A stretch of DNA of 64,000 nucleotides from Lama glama (taxonomy: Eukaryota). The notes beneath the pieces were generated by a model that worked only from the letters and a program-made list of their open reading frames with translations, ran no database searches and was not told the origin of the DNA. The DNA lies in assembly GCA_028534125.1 (NCBI GenBank), contig CM052817.1, positions 33,978,001-34,042,000 on the forward strand, given 5' to 3'. This document shows, piece after piece, positions 12,523 to 25,900 of the stretch (the first letter of the stretch is position 1; each line of letters starts with the position of its first letter). Made by a program: the position numbers and the translations under genes.

Positions 12523-15500
12523 GGGGGAGCCTCTTTTAGGATGGTTAATCCAGTGGCTGAGAGCTATGTATTAGTGGGGAGCTGGGCAGAGGGACCATCA
12601 GTCACTCTTTAGATGATTAGATGGTCTCTGGATGAAGGGGCGAGCACCTGAGTGTTGAGGTGCATGCTCTGGGAAGAAGGGGGAACACTTAAGAGACACA
12701 AGGAAGATAAAGGCAGCAACCTTAATTCTCTTGGCAAATTTCCAGGCATCTTGGATGTGTCAGGCACCAATGAGATTGTGGGGAAGGCAAGCAGGAACTA
12801 TTGTGGGTGTGCTAACTGGGAGAACTGGTGGTGCTGTGGAATTAACAGAAATAGAGCCAAGAGGAGGAGCAGCCTGTTTGAAAGAGGGCATGAGATACTT
12901 GACTCCACTGTGTTTGTTCATTGATCATTTACAGGCTGCATTTACCCGAAACTCAGTTTTGCAGACACGGTGGTATATATAAATGAAATTCTTCTTAGGG
13001 TCAGGTCCCTGTAAGAAACAAAACTAAACCCCAAAAGTCACAGAACATGGCTTTATACTATTATGGTAGGATTCGGCAATTAGAAAGAATTGTATGTTTT
13101 GTACCAGTCATATGATGAAAAGTAAATTTTCATGAAAAGAGAGAGAAGGAAGATAATCCTGCGTTTCTTCTCTGTATTAAATCATTTAAAAAGTATGTTT
13201 ATTGGTTTATTGGTTTTCTCAGAGAACAAAATGGATGTTTTGGGTGGAGAAGACCACGTAGAGTTGATTAAAGCTTTGGGAAATAGGCCCTTTGAAGGCA
13301 ACTTCAAGAAATTGGATTTATTAAGCCTGGAGAAGATAAGGTGAAGGAAGGTTTAGTGAATGACAGCCTTCAAATATTTGTAGCCTGTGAATGAAGAAAG
13401 GGACAAGATGAGAATAGTTTAAACTGCCCCAGAAGGAAATTGGGATCTTTTTTTTTTTTTTAGGGAAATTCTTTGATTAGAACTTTTTAAAAAGACTTTG
13501 TTGTGTTACCAGAGCTAGTTATAGGGTCTTTGCTGCAGGTATGAGAAAAGCGAAGCTATTGTTCTTTTGAAATGGTTGGGTCCTGCCCTGCTTGGTTGGT
13601 TCGATGACCCTTTTTAAGGGCCAACTTGAAATCTTTTATAAATAAAATAACCAGCTGTTTTTCTCTCTCCACTGCCTTGGCTCCGGGGTAGAGTGTGTCT
13701 TATAAATTCTGGGTAGACTCTCACAGGATCTGCTACTCTCTTCACAGCTTTTGGCTACATGGAAAATAGCCAGTAAAGAACCCACACCTAGAAATGGGTT
13801 ATTGATCTATTGGAGGTGGTGGTGGTGGGGAAATCTAACCACAGAATGAATTGTGCAGTGTGAGAGCTTAAACTGAGTGCCAAAATTCTAGGGAAATCCA
13901 TAATCGACCATAATTACCCTTAACCTAAGAATGTGCTCTGTGATCGCCCGGCTGACTGGTAATTTTGAGATACAGCCAGCTGTGCCGCACATAGGCTGAC
14001 AAATCTGTCAGGATGAAGGAAGTCCTTTTCCCTTGATTACTCAGGGATGGACTGATCACTCTGAGGTTCACCCGGCACCCTGACTTCCTTTCCCACCTAC
14101 CCCTTCCCTTTGGTCATTTCATGGTCATGGCTCAGTGGCACGTACCAGACCAGCCCACGGTCCAGCAGGGGAAGGTGGTAGTAATAAAATGGCAATTCAG
14201 CAGCTTCTAGTTGATTGCATCATTTCACCTGTCATGTCGATATGCATGATGATTTCTACAATGTGATCGCTGCCTTTCAGGAGCCTAGGATCTATGGGAA
14301 CATAAGTGTTGGGTAGATGCTAATATAGTAAATCTGTAACAAGGTTTGAATAACAGTCCTGGTCCAGAAGCTGGGACACATATTCATTTCCCTACTTTTT
14401 GAGTATAATGGCTAATTCAAAGGAAGAGCTGGGACCTGAGTTAAATCTTGATGAGTGGGGACCGGCATTGGTCAAGGTGTGGACAGCAGAAGCAGAGGGT
14501 TAGTTAGCTGAAAGACTTCCATAGAAAAAAATCTCTGGAAGCTAGCAGAAGGAAAAGGATAGATTTTAGGGTGCCTAGATTTTTATTCTTCAGAAATAAC
14601 AGTATTTCCTATAGTGCCGTATGTGATGAGATTTTTCTAAGTGTAATCTGGTCAAGTAGTTGCTTACTCAGAGAAATAATTCTTAAAAATGGAAGTGTAT
14701 AGATCTCACTTTTGCATGGTATTACGTATATTGCATGCACGATGCAGATCCAGACTAGGTCCACAGGATATGTACTTTGAGTTGCTTTTAGGTCCCTCTC
14801 CCACCTTCCTGCCTCTTCACCCTCAGGCAAGATCACAGATTTTTTAGGTTCAACATCTGGTAGTGGCAGGAGATGATCATTGAATCTTTGCTTACTACCA
14901 GATTTTAAAGATTTAGTAAAACGATAAGCCAGGTATGTAGCAGTCTGCATAAATTCATTCTTTAAAAAAACAAAACAAAACCCAGCAGCAAGCCAAAACC
15001 CCAAGTCTTGATAAGAGCCCTGAGTGGCTTAGGGCATCTTGCGATTTTGCCCTGAGTTCCCCAAACCTGCCTTAGAAGGTAACCAGAAGATCAGTAGGGA
15101 CGCTGGTTACTGCCCTCCCCAAAGCAGTGAGCCTGCGGGAGGAGGCGGCTGTTTGTGGGATGCAGAGAAAGGTGTAAGTGATGGTATTTTCCAAGGAATG
15201 CCTTGTTCTTGACCTAATGGATAAAAATAATACTGAAAATGAGAAGAGGAGAAACCTTTTTCCCCCTTATATCTCTGAGTTGTTTACCCTGTTTCAGTTA
15301 GGTTTACCCCAGGTGACTTAGGTTTATTTCAACAGTGTTATTGTTATGAAATTCTTCAAAATGGTCCCGGGCTGCCAGTAATTTAAATATAATGGCCTAT
15401 GCAGATTTGTTTGCAGAGGAATTGCTTTGCAGGGTTAGAACAAAGGAGGGAACATCACAAAGAACTTTGGAAATTACTTGGTGTCTCTTTTTATTGGAGG

Positions 15501-17299
15501 GAAGTATAGAAGGGACCTAATGTAGGTTTGACTTCTGGGGAAAACGTTTACTGGTGATTTTGTGTGGCATTTGGATATCTGTTATTCTACTTGGCCTAGT
15601 GCAAGGCTGTGTTATAAAAAACAGAAACTTATTCTACTTGGAAAGACTGGGTCCTTTCAAAGTGATACAGTTTTTTAGTTTGTAAAGTGTTGGAAATAAG
15701 TCTCTATCCTAATTTTCGCAATGTAGATTTCTTTTTTACAGCTGATGGAAGATTTTCATTTCAAAAAATGGCCCAGTAAAACAGCACGAATTGGCCTTTA
15801 GGCTTTTTGTCATTGTTAAATTAACCCAGGATTCTTACTCCGAAAATAATGTCATTAGAACAGCCACTTGAAAACAGTTAATTGGGATATTTAAATGTTT
15901 TCTACTTATTTGGTATAGTCAGTATATTTACTACAGGGAAATAGTAGACAAGTTTCGAGCTCAACCGAAATGCATCACTTTCATGAAAAAGAACCACCCT
16001 CCTTTGCCTTTCCTGCTTTTTAAAATAAACTAGCATATGTAGAAGGGTTTATGAATTTTTTAAGAGATCTGAATGTGTAGCCTAATTTCCATTCTAGCAT
16101 TTTCAAGAGCTATTGTTTAAAAAGAACTATCACCTTAGTTTCAGCATGAGTGCCTTCTAGGGAGAGGCTGGCCAAGGGAGCAGAAGTCCAAAGAGTTCAC
16201 CAGGTGAAGATGGTCCCAGACAGGTGCAGATGGCTTCTCTTTTCATACGGGAAACTTGGAACAGCAGGTCTGGGCATAAAACTGTAGCACTTAAGATTAA
16301 CAGCTTCGTTCTGTTAATCCCTTCAGTATCTTTTAAACAGACCCTACACGTACCAGGAATTTATAAATTTGTTCACAAATAATTGTTGATGCAAGTGGAA
16401 GGGGGGTGTTATAGCTGTGAACACACCAAGCCAAAATCCTTGTCCTCTTGGGGCTTCTGTCTAGTGAATTCTTTTTCTTTCATGAGCCTAGGTCCACAAA
16501 GAGCCCAGAAGGGGGGAAAAAAATCTTAGGTCTCTCTTAGAAAGCAGCTTAATTTAGATTTATTTCAGTTGATTATTATGGTCAATTAAGGAAAAAAGCA
16601 AAGAAAGGCAAGGTTTCTCAGAGGGTCCGGTGGTGGCTGGTGCTGGGTTGACAAGGAAGGAGGGTCCAGAGGAGGCAAAGCAGAGAGAGATGGGGGGAGG
16701 GGGATGGGGACAGGGTAGGGGCTGACACAGGAGGAGCTTTGAGAGATGTTTGTCACCTGAGTCCTGTCTGTCCCGGTGGTGCCCTTGGAAGTGCTGAGCA
16801 CTGGGCAGTCTTCCAGCTTGTCACGGCTCCAGTCTTAACTTCAGCCTCTCCAGCAGGCATGAGGATGTACTGATGAAGGATGTACCGAAGTGGGTGGAAG
16901 AAGTGTCTGCAATGCCGGGGACACAGATAGGTGTATTTACGTTCGAGACTTCATGGAGCCTTGAATGTGCCAAGTGCGTCGTCTGTCTGTAGGTTTGGAG
17001 CCATTTTTCTCAGAACGGACCAGAATGCTTTTTCACAGCTGAGAGAGGTGCTCCAGGGGTCCACGCTGAGTGCCCTTCAAGGACTGAAAGTTCTGTACCT
17101 CCTTTTAAAATTCTTTCATCTTTTTCTTGTCAAAATCTGACCAGCTTCAGCTTTTAATAATACACGTTTGACTGATAGCATGTTGAGTCCAACAAACCAC
17201 CATGAAGCCACTGTCAGGCAGGTGCTATTTCCTATTGGTTTCCTATTGCGAGTAACACTTAAATTAGCTAGTAGCCTGTTCTTTCCCCTCCCTCTTCTC

Positions 17300-19200
17300 C
17301 CCTAGCTTGGGATTTGAAGTAATATCCTTTTACTCCCAGTTACTATCTATAAGGCAATCAACAAGCATATTCTACTTTATAGACGTTCCTCCCTCCTCTA
17401 ATTGTTCTGATAGCTGTACCAAAATTGCTTTATCAGAAGATACAGCAAACACATGCTCTGCTTTGTTACCATTTAGTCTTAGTTCCACAGGGAAATAAGT
17501 GTTTAATGCTAGCCACTAGTCCTTATGGCCTGTCTTTCCTGACATTTTGGCTTTCTGAAGCTCATCCTCTAATAGACACCTCAGGAAGCACTCAAGGGAA
17601 GTATTTCCTGAATTATATGTTCACAGCAGCTTGTCTATAGCCTTTGCCTGTGTACTTAAAAGTCAAGTTGGCTGATACAAGTCCTTGGCCCATTTTTTCT
17701 TTGCTCAAGGATCTTTAATATTTAACTGTATTGTATTTTGCTATGAAGTGTTGTCAAAGTCTGCTGGCAATCTGCTTTCTTCCCCCTCATGTTTAACTTG
17801 GTATGTTTTCCTAGATGTCCAAAGGGCTTTTTTACCTTCATTTTTTTAAAGTCCAGTAGTTCTATAGCATTGGCTGCTCTGGGCTGGTTTTTTTAGGGAT
17901 ATGATGTGCCACTTTAATAGGTACAGTGTCCCTGGGTATCTGCAAGTGATTGGGTCTAGGACCCCTACAGCTCCCCAAATCCTGGATGCTCAAATTCTTT
18001 ACATTAAACAGCACAGTACAGCTGGCACTCTGTATTGTGGATGTAGAACCTGCAGACACAGGGGGCCGACTATAATTTCTTCTTGGCTTTTGGAACTCCC
18101 ATTATGTGTATGTTAGATCTTCTTTGCCTACCTTCTGTTTCCATCACTTTCTCTCAGTCCTTTTCATATCTTCATCATTTGTTTGAATTTAAAATTTTCC
18201 TTTCCATCTTCTACCTCTTTTAAGGCATTATTCATTTTATTTGCTCCTGTGTTCTTTTTATTTACCCTTTATTTCTGATTTTTTTTTCCTTTTCTTAGTT
18301 CTTTATCTCCATTTTCAAATCTTCCTTTTCTCTATTTAGCTCATTTCTGAATTTTAAAAGTTCTGATTTAGGCCATTCTTTCTAGCTTCTTTTATAAATT
18401 TCTTTTAGCTCAGTTTTGAAATATTAGGTTATAGTTTTCATTTGTTTTGTGTTTTTCTGGCATAATTTTATTGTCTGTATTAGGGATATCATTCAGTTCC
18501 TTACTTTTTCTTTAAATAAAATATTTGGAATTCACTGCAGTTCTTTTCTGTTGTTCACTCTGAGTCTTCCTATACTCTTAGTAGGGCCATTATAGCCTTT
18601 CTAGCTTCATGGCTCTGTAGAGAGTACCCACTTACATTGTCTCCACGAAGTGGTTAAAAAAAAATTGGACTCTTTTATTTTCTACATCTTAAGATCTTAC
18701 TTTTTTGGGGGGGGTCCCTGTTCCCACCCCTTACCCATCTGAACCTTTCTTTTGCCCCATCTTCCTCATCATAGATTCATCCTCAGCAGTGTCTCCTCAG
18801 TATGGGGCTATGACCTAGTTTGTTAGTTCACAGGGATCAGACCTCCCCCACCCCCAAACATACCAGGACATCAGAAATACATGGGTCCAAATCCCCTCTG
18901 CATTTCCTAGTAAAGTGGAACCTGCAGGACCCTCTACCAGCTTCTGTGGGTGTCCTCAGAGTGGCCCTTGAGCTTTCCAGTGTGTACCTAAGAACAGTTC
19001 TCCAAGCTGTTGGGATTTTGTCCCCACCTCCTCATACACAGGGCTCACAGGGAAACCTTAGCATGTGGGCTTGCTGTAAATGTCATCTGTGGGCTTTTGG
19101 TTCTGTTCTATTTGTCTGTTTTTATCATTGGGGTGGGTTGGGGAGATCTGATAATTATGTTGTCACCACCATCTTGCCAGAATCTATATGCACTTTTTGA
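17300..19200 (-). mobile_element. Old degraded L1-like fragment(s)
   Basis: Long, strongly T-skewed stretch with L1 antisense-like composition; boundaries rough. Confidence 0.5.
17924..18072. mobile_element. MER2/Tigger-like non-autonomous DNA transposon
   Basis: TA|cagtgtccctgggtatctgc...gcagacacagggggccgacta|TA: imperfect TIRs with TA flanks. Confidence 0.8.
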
Positions 19201-20837
19201 CATAAAATTTGTAACTTTTGGGTCTACCAAATCAGGACCAAAGTAGCAAAGTCTTGAAACATTAAATCACTAGTAGCTGCCTTTAAAAAATAATTTTCTT
19301 CCAAAATAAGTTATTAAAAAGGTGTTGTAGAGAGAAGTTAGTGGTTGTTAACTATCTGAAAAATGGTCAATTTATGGCCCTAAGCCATATTCCAAGCTTA
19401 TTGTTTATGACAAAATGTAATGGTTTGAATCATCCAAGTACCAGGAAGCCCATATTCGAGCTGTTGTTTCTGAGGAAAATGTATAAAATGACAGACTTTG
19501 CCATTGTTTGTCTGGTGTGATATTCCTTGAGTTCTGAAGGAGATAGTGCTATTTTATAGTTTTAAAAGCGTTAAACCACATTTACACTTTTAATACCATC
19601 TAATAAAGATAAAATCATTACTTAATTAGGTGCATTTTTCTCTTTCAGCTTTTTTTCCCCAGTGAAGAATTTGCATATCTCTAATTATAGTCATTTGAAA
19701 AAAAAATGCTGCCAGGACTTGACATAATATTAATTTAGATTTCCAAAAATACTAAATTTCCTTCCTCCAACTTGAGTTTCCTCCAATTGGCCATCGATTT
19801 AAATTATATACTAAAAGGTTGCAATTTTAGAATTGGCCCCTTTTCCCTCCTGCATTTAGGGATAGCCATTATTCCAAAGTCATATAAAGAAGTAAAACTT
19901 TCTCAGTAGGCATATTGGAAACTTTTTTTTTTTTAATTCTGGCGAATAGAGCAAGGTCATTTTCAGACATTTCCTCTTATTTTCTACGAAGAGATTGAGG
20001 AAGAAATCATTTCAGAAACGGGTTTGGTCATTAATAATTCTTTGCAAGCGGGTAGCAAGCTTAATGTATTGTTCTAAGTGAATGTCACCCAAGAAAAATT
20101 AAGGGAAAAGTCAACACTCATTAAGCAAATTGACCAGCCAAGTGTTTTGATGAATGTCGCAACAAATTTGAATAAACTAATTTTGTCCATTAGTATGCTT
20201 TTAGACCAATGTGATTGTTTTGGTCTAATTATTTTCTATTTTGTTTATTCAGATGTAGAATGGCTGCAAAATTAACTATTACAGCAATTATCTGATTAGC
20301 AATTTAGAAAATTGGTGAATGGTATCTGACGACTCACCAGGAAGCGCCTGGCATTGGAATTGGGTAGGACTGTGTGTCCTGCACACAGTCGAAGGAGAAG
20401 CCTGTGCTCTTTTCCCTGTTTCTCACCCACTGCAAAGGGGAACCCAGGGTTAGCCTGGGCTGCGGACCTGGGCTCTGGGCACTCGGGTACTGTGCACCAG
20501 ATTGAGGTCTCATGTGCTGCAGAAGTTGTGTTTGCCACCCAGTGTCACTATTCCGGAGTCCTGTAGCTGTGACTGGTGAATTCTGCCACATTTCCCACTT
20601 CTAAAGCTGGGGGATTCGAGAAATCTGTGCCCGAGTGGCTGCCAAGGCTTGTCAGGGGGACCCAGTGCGAGGCCGATTTCTAGGTGTAAAAGCCAGGCAG
20701 ATCCGCTCACTCAAGAAAATCTGTTTTTGCAGGTTTGCTTTGAGTTCCAAGATACAGATTCTGGTGAAAAAAAATTTTTTGCTGCATTAATGCCACGGGT
20801 TGCCCCTGGTAGCTGACTGTCTTGTGGGGGAGGGGAT

Positions 20838-21021
20838 AACTGGTCCTCCAAGTGTGGTCCTGGACCTGCAGCTGCAGCATCGCCTGGGACTTGTCTGAAG
20901 GGCAGACTCTCCCTTCCCACCCCAGACCTGCTGAAATCGGAGACTAGGAGCAGGGCCCTGCGGTCCCTTTTCCCAAGCCATCCGGGTGATTCTGGTACAG
21001 GCTCAAGTTTGAGAACGACTG
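20838..21021. mobile_element. MER5A (hAT-Charlie)
   Basis: aagtgtggtcc..ggacc..gcagcatc.cctggga.cttgt...cccaccccagacctgctgaaatc...ggtgattctg...aagtttgagaacgactg. Confidence 0.88.
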
Positions 21022-22989
21022 GTCTAGGGTGCAAACATTACTGGGCTTGTTCACAGCATTGGGCTGTGGTCATTAAAAAGTTAAAGCTTCGGTGGCCTTT
21101 TGCATGTCAGATGAGGGTGCAGTTCTCAGTTCTCTTTCTGTTGCATTAAAAAGATAGAGGCTTTGGTTGGTCCAGACTGGAAAACAGACAATCGCAGTGC
21201 GTGGGACAGTGCCTCGGTAGAGGCTGCAAGGGCCATCGGAAAACATGCACGTGGCGAGGGGTGGAGGATGGGGTGGAGAGGGGACAGGAAGGCCCCCCCC
21301 CAGGTGGTATTTTAAAAGGACAAATATGATCAGGTACCTCTCTGATTAAAACCTTCTGGAGACTTCCCAGTGCTCTCGGAATAAAGTCTGTCCATGTAGA
21401 GCCCAGCTAAGGCCTCCAGGGGTCTCTTCTTGATCTCCATTTTGCACATGGTGCCTGCCACATCCTTTGCTTTCTGTGCTTTCCTCACTCTTTCAAGGTG
21501 TCCTTGCTCCTTCAAGCTGCAGGAGCCACTCTGCCTGCTGCCGGGCACACTGCATTTCTCCCTGGTCTCAGTGCGTTCAGATCCCAGCTCGCCTGTTTCC
21601 TTTGTAGTCCTTTTTGACCTCCCAGCAAAGGTCAGGCCAGCTCTCCCTGTACAGTGTACTTCTGCACACTCTTCACATTGTAATTCTATAATTGTATAAT
21701 TATTGGTTTATTGCTCACCGGTGGAGCTAAATACACATTCCAGGAGGGGGAGAGACCCTGCTTTGTTCACTGCTGCCCCAGGGCCCAGCACCTGGCAAAC
21801 ATTCAAGAAAAAATTTCAGATAAATGAATGAATGGTGGGGAAGGAACCCCCCATCTTTATTCCTAGGACACGTGGGCTGGATAATATATGCAGTTCCATG
21901 GAGATGTCATCTGATGAGTTTTATTTTCAGGAGCGGTTGTCACCACCATCTAATCCTCCTGGAAAGTCAAGTCCCTTGCACCGCGGCAGCAGAATCTCAT
22001 AATTTGGTTTTCATTGGGGGTCTGACCTGTGGGACAGCCAAGAAAAATAATCTTGAGTATGATGCTTCCAGGGATCCGCGAAAGGAGAGAAATCCACTGA
22101 CCTTGAAGATGTTCATAATATACGAGCCAGAAACCAGCAGCCCGAGTGGTAGAGGTGGCACCTGGGAAGTTTCCAGGGAACTGACTGTTGTCCCTCGTCC
22201 CCTCAGGGCTTCTGGGAAGACGTGTCTGCTCTGTTCACAGTTAATGTTGGGGCACCCTCTTGCTCCCCACCCACTTTCAGATCTATTTGATAGAACAGAG
22301 GTGCACAAATTTTGGTCAGTTTGTCTTGGCCTGGATAAAGCTAGGGGTTTTCATTCCTATTCTGGAAGGTGACAGCATGTGAATTACCTCCCAGAGGTGG
22401 CAGCTTCAAAGTGGGGGCATTTGCCTCAAATCAGAAGCTAAATCAGCCTTGCTGATAATTAGTGGAAGTGTTGGCAAATAGCACACATGGGTGTAATTTA
22501 TAAAAATACGTATGTTGAGAACTAGGGCTCAAATTCTTTTTAAAGATGGAGGTTTTAGGATCTAGAGTGGCTTGTGGCAATCTTTCTTGATAGAGGAACT
22601 GGTCTGCTGACTGTTTGCCAGATGGATTGTTGTGTTTGTTTTACATTTGGGGCTCAGCATACTCTCTTACACCTACTGTAAACTCCTGTCAGATTAAGTG
22701 AACGTAATCAATGCAGAAAGTTTTAGAACAAATGACATAAACGCTATTTCTCAGTCGTGACCATTTATTGAGTGCAAGGTAGGTATGGGATTTAGAGATA
22801 ATGTAAGGATCCTGATGTATCTCACCCCCAATTTATAGATGTCAAAACTGAGGCTTGGAGAGGTCAGGGGACTCAGCTTGGAATCTCCAAAACCCACACC
22901 TTTTTCTGTATTCTTGTTTTTTCCCTTGCTCATCCAAGCTCAGAGAAGCACCATAATCTACAGTCTCTGAGCTGGTTTCTAAACTTTGA

Positions 22990-23160
22990 AAGATTGCTGA
23001 ATAATGTTACAAAAGTTGCAAGATTAATACAAAGAACTCCAGGATACCCTTCACCTAAACTCTCTGATTATTAACATTTTGCCACATTTACTTCGTCCAT
23101 GTATATACATATTATTCTGACCTATTTGAGAAGTTGCTAACATGCCCCCCGAAACACCAC
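22990..23160 (-). mobile_element. L1MC-like 3' end fragment
   Basis: aaaagttgcaagattaatacaaagaactcc..atacccttcacc...ttaacattttgccacattt. Confidence 0.65.
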
Positions 23161-23989
23161 GTGAGTCTAAGCCTTGGGTTTGAGGAGAATATGGAGGCCA
23201 CCCAGACTGAATTCCTTCTTCTGCCCCCCACCCATGTGGTCTCCCCCACTGTCCCGTGCCTCTAGGGTGGGGCCTGGCTTCAGGAGGGACACGTGCTCAC
23301 TTTTGCCCTCAGCCCTAGTCCCATTCCTTGAAATTCAACTTGGACCTTAAAACCCACCCCCTGCCTTCCTGGAACCTGGCTCTGTCTAGCACCTGACAGA
23401 CAGAACCTCTTCCATGGCAAGATAATATAGGCAATATAAAGGGTCTCCCTGTATGTTTCTACCTGTTCGGTGAAAAAAAAAAAGGGGAGGATGGGGATTT
23501 GCCCCAGTTTGTTATCCAGGGCTGCAGCTAAATTGTTTGGCCCCTGCTAATTCAAGTCTCTCTGCAAGACAGTCGACAGTGTTGGTAACCTTTTTCTCTG
23601 GCAACTGATTCAGATAAAATCCATTTTTTAAAAAATGAATGCTTTTATTTTTACTTCCTTTGTTTTAAACCAGCCCTGTGGCTATGAAACTTCATTTTGA
23701 AAGTGGAAATGGAGGGAAAATCATTCTGCCCACTCTGGGTATGGGATAGAGGGGAAGGTGTGATTTCCCTTTTCTGACAGGTCCATTAAAAGAATTTATA
23801 GTGCATAATCACTAGAAAATGTATTGGTTTGCCCATTATGGTGAAGGTTAGCTTAAATATCTATTTAAGCCAAGTATTATTCCGAGCATATTTCAGAGCT
23901 AGTAAATCAGAAGCCTTTCAAAAATGTAGATCACATTTGAAGGCAGTGTTTAAAAAGTGCCTCAGGAAAACAACCCAAAGGTCAGGATA

Positions 23990-24401
23990 AAGGGATAAAA
24001 GAAAATGTGATATATACATACAATGGAGTGTTATTTAGCCTTAAACAGGAAATTCTGACACATGCTGCAACTTAGATGAACTTTGGAGACAGTATGCTGA
24101 GTTAAATAAATGAGACACAGAAGGACGCATATTGTGTGGTTCCACTTATGTGAGGTCCCTGGAGTAGTCAGATTCATAGAGGCAGAAAGTAGAACAGTTG
24201 CTCTCAGGGGTGCAGGTGGAATGGGGAGTTACTGTTCCTGAGTAGGTGCGGAGTTTCACTTTGGGATGATGAAAATGTTCTGGAGATGGATAGTGGTGAT
24301 GGTTGCACAACATTGTGAATACTTATTGCCACTTAATTGTAAAACTGAAAATGCCTGAAATGGTAGATTTTGTCTTATGCCTATTTTACTACCAAAAAAA
24401 A
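23990..24401 (+). mobile_element. L1MB-like 3' end
   Basis: aaaatgtgatatatacatacaatggag...gttctggagatggatagtggtgatggttgcacaacattgtgaat...ttttactaccaaaaaaaa. Confidence 0.9.
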
Positions 24402-24473
24402 TGTTTCTTAAATGCCCCAGTTGGCGTATATCTATGTTCGTGACTGTCGATATTGACCAGACAATCCCTTGCC

Positions 24474-24608
24474 TTTTTGTTTTGTTTTGTTTTTATTTGG
24501 GGAGCGGTAATTAGGTTTGTTTGTTTATTTTAATGGAGGTACTGGGGATTGAACCCAGGACCTTGTGCTTGCTAAGCATGTGCTCTACCACTGAGCTCTA
24601 CCCTCCCC
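24474..24608 (-). mobile_element. Camelid tRNA-derived SINE (Vic-1-like)
   Basis: tggaggtactggggattgaacccaggaccttgtgcttgctaagcatgtgctctaccactgagctctaccctcccc with T-rich tail upstream. Confidence 0.92.
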
Positions 24609-25689
24609 TCCTCACCCTTGCTTAATGGTACCATACCTGATGTCATTAGAATGAGATATATAGAATTAGTACTGGAGCTTAAGGGTGTCACATCGTTTTA
24701 TTTCTTGAAGGTTTCATTTGCCAGTAACACCACCTTATGTCCCCTTCTGAGCCTGGGAATTGGCATTTTGCAGAATTCTCAGTTTCCTGCTTGGAGGAAA
24801 TGGCATGGTGATGAGTCCAGTTGGAGCGCTCGTTGCCCACACTCCACCACATGTGTCCAGGACAATGCTAACCTGCAGGCAGTTTGCACCCGACCAGCTC
24901 CTGCGGAATTTCTGTTGAGCCTTGCAGCCAGGAGGGCCTGCTTGGAGGTGAGACCCACCGAGGCTTCGTGCTCCGTAGGTCTGAGGTGAAGCTGGTTTTC
25001 GACGAGTGTGGCCGACCTTCTCCACGGTCTTCTTCCCCTGTTCCTTTTCACTTTATTTTTTAGTTGTTGTTAAGTCAAGAAAGTTAATGTTGAAAGAAGC
25101 CAAGAGCTACCCCCCCCAACCCCCCAACCTCACCAACAGTGCAGGTCTTGCCTGGGTGATGATTGGATTGAGACCCTCTGCTTGTTACCTGCTTCTTAGT
25201 AAGTGCTTTCCAGAACTCAAAACATGGAAATCAACATATTTACAACAGGAGTTGTGCTGGGCTTTGGGAAAAACCTACTGAAAATGAGGAAGTTCCTCTT
25301 TTCTGCTGCAGGGATGAATCCTAATACATTGTGCTAGTCACATCCAGACCTTATCTGACTCCTCAAAGACCCACTTCATAATGGCCCTACATATCTTTGT
25401 CTGAGATCAAAAGGGGAAGTCCTGCTTCCTCAAACACTGGGTTGTATTTTTCTTAGGATGAGTGAGTAGGAAATGTATTAAGTAGCCCTAGGAAAGCCTT
25501 TGCTGCTTGGGGATGTATGCGTATCTAGAAGTTTTGCAGAATAATAAGCTGAAAAGGATCCTTTCAGTGTTGAATGGGTGATACGTGCATCTTCACACTT
25601 GTTACTTACTCACTTTATAAGACGTAAGAGCCAGAGATCAAATTTTATGTTTAGGCCCTTAGTCTAATTCTGTTAAAAACAAAGTAAGT

Positions 25690-25900
25690 AACTACTATAT
25701 ATAAAATAGATAAACAACAAGATCCTACTGTACAGCACAGGGAACTGTATTCAATATCTTGTAGTAACCTATAATGAAAAAGAATACGAAAAGGAGTATA
25801 TGTATGACTGAAACATGATGCTGTGCACCAGAAATCGACACAACATTGTAAACTGACTATACAATAAAGAATATAAGAAATGAAGAAAAAGAATATAAAA
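25690..25900 (+). mobile_element. 5'-truncated L1 3' end (cetartiodactyl/camelid type)
   Basis: ctactatatataaaatagataaacaacaag...tgtacagcacagggaact...acaacattgtaaactgactata plus A-rich tail. Confidence 0.88.

Noticed and set aside
21824..22372. 182-aa ATG-initiated intronic ORF (and similar 120-180 aa ORFs, e.g. 36112-36642)
   Set aside because: No recognisable homology or exon-like signals; starts in or overlaps L2-like relics; length compatible with chance
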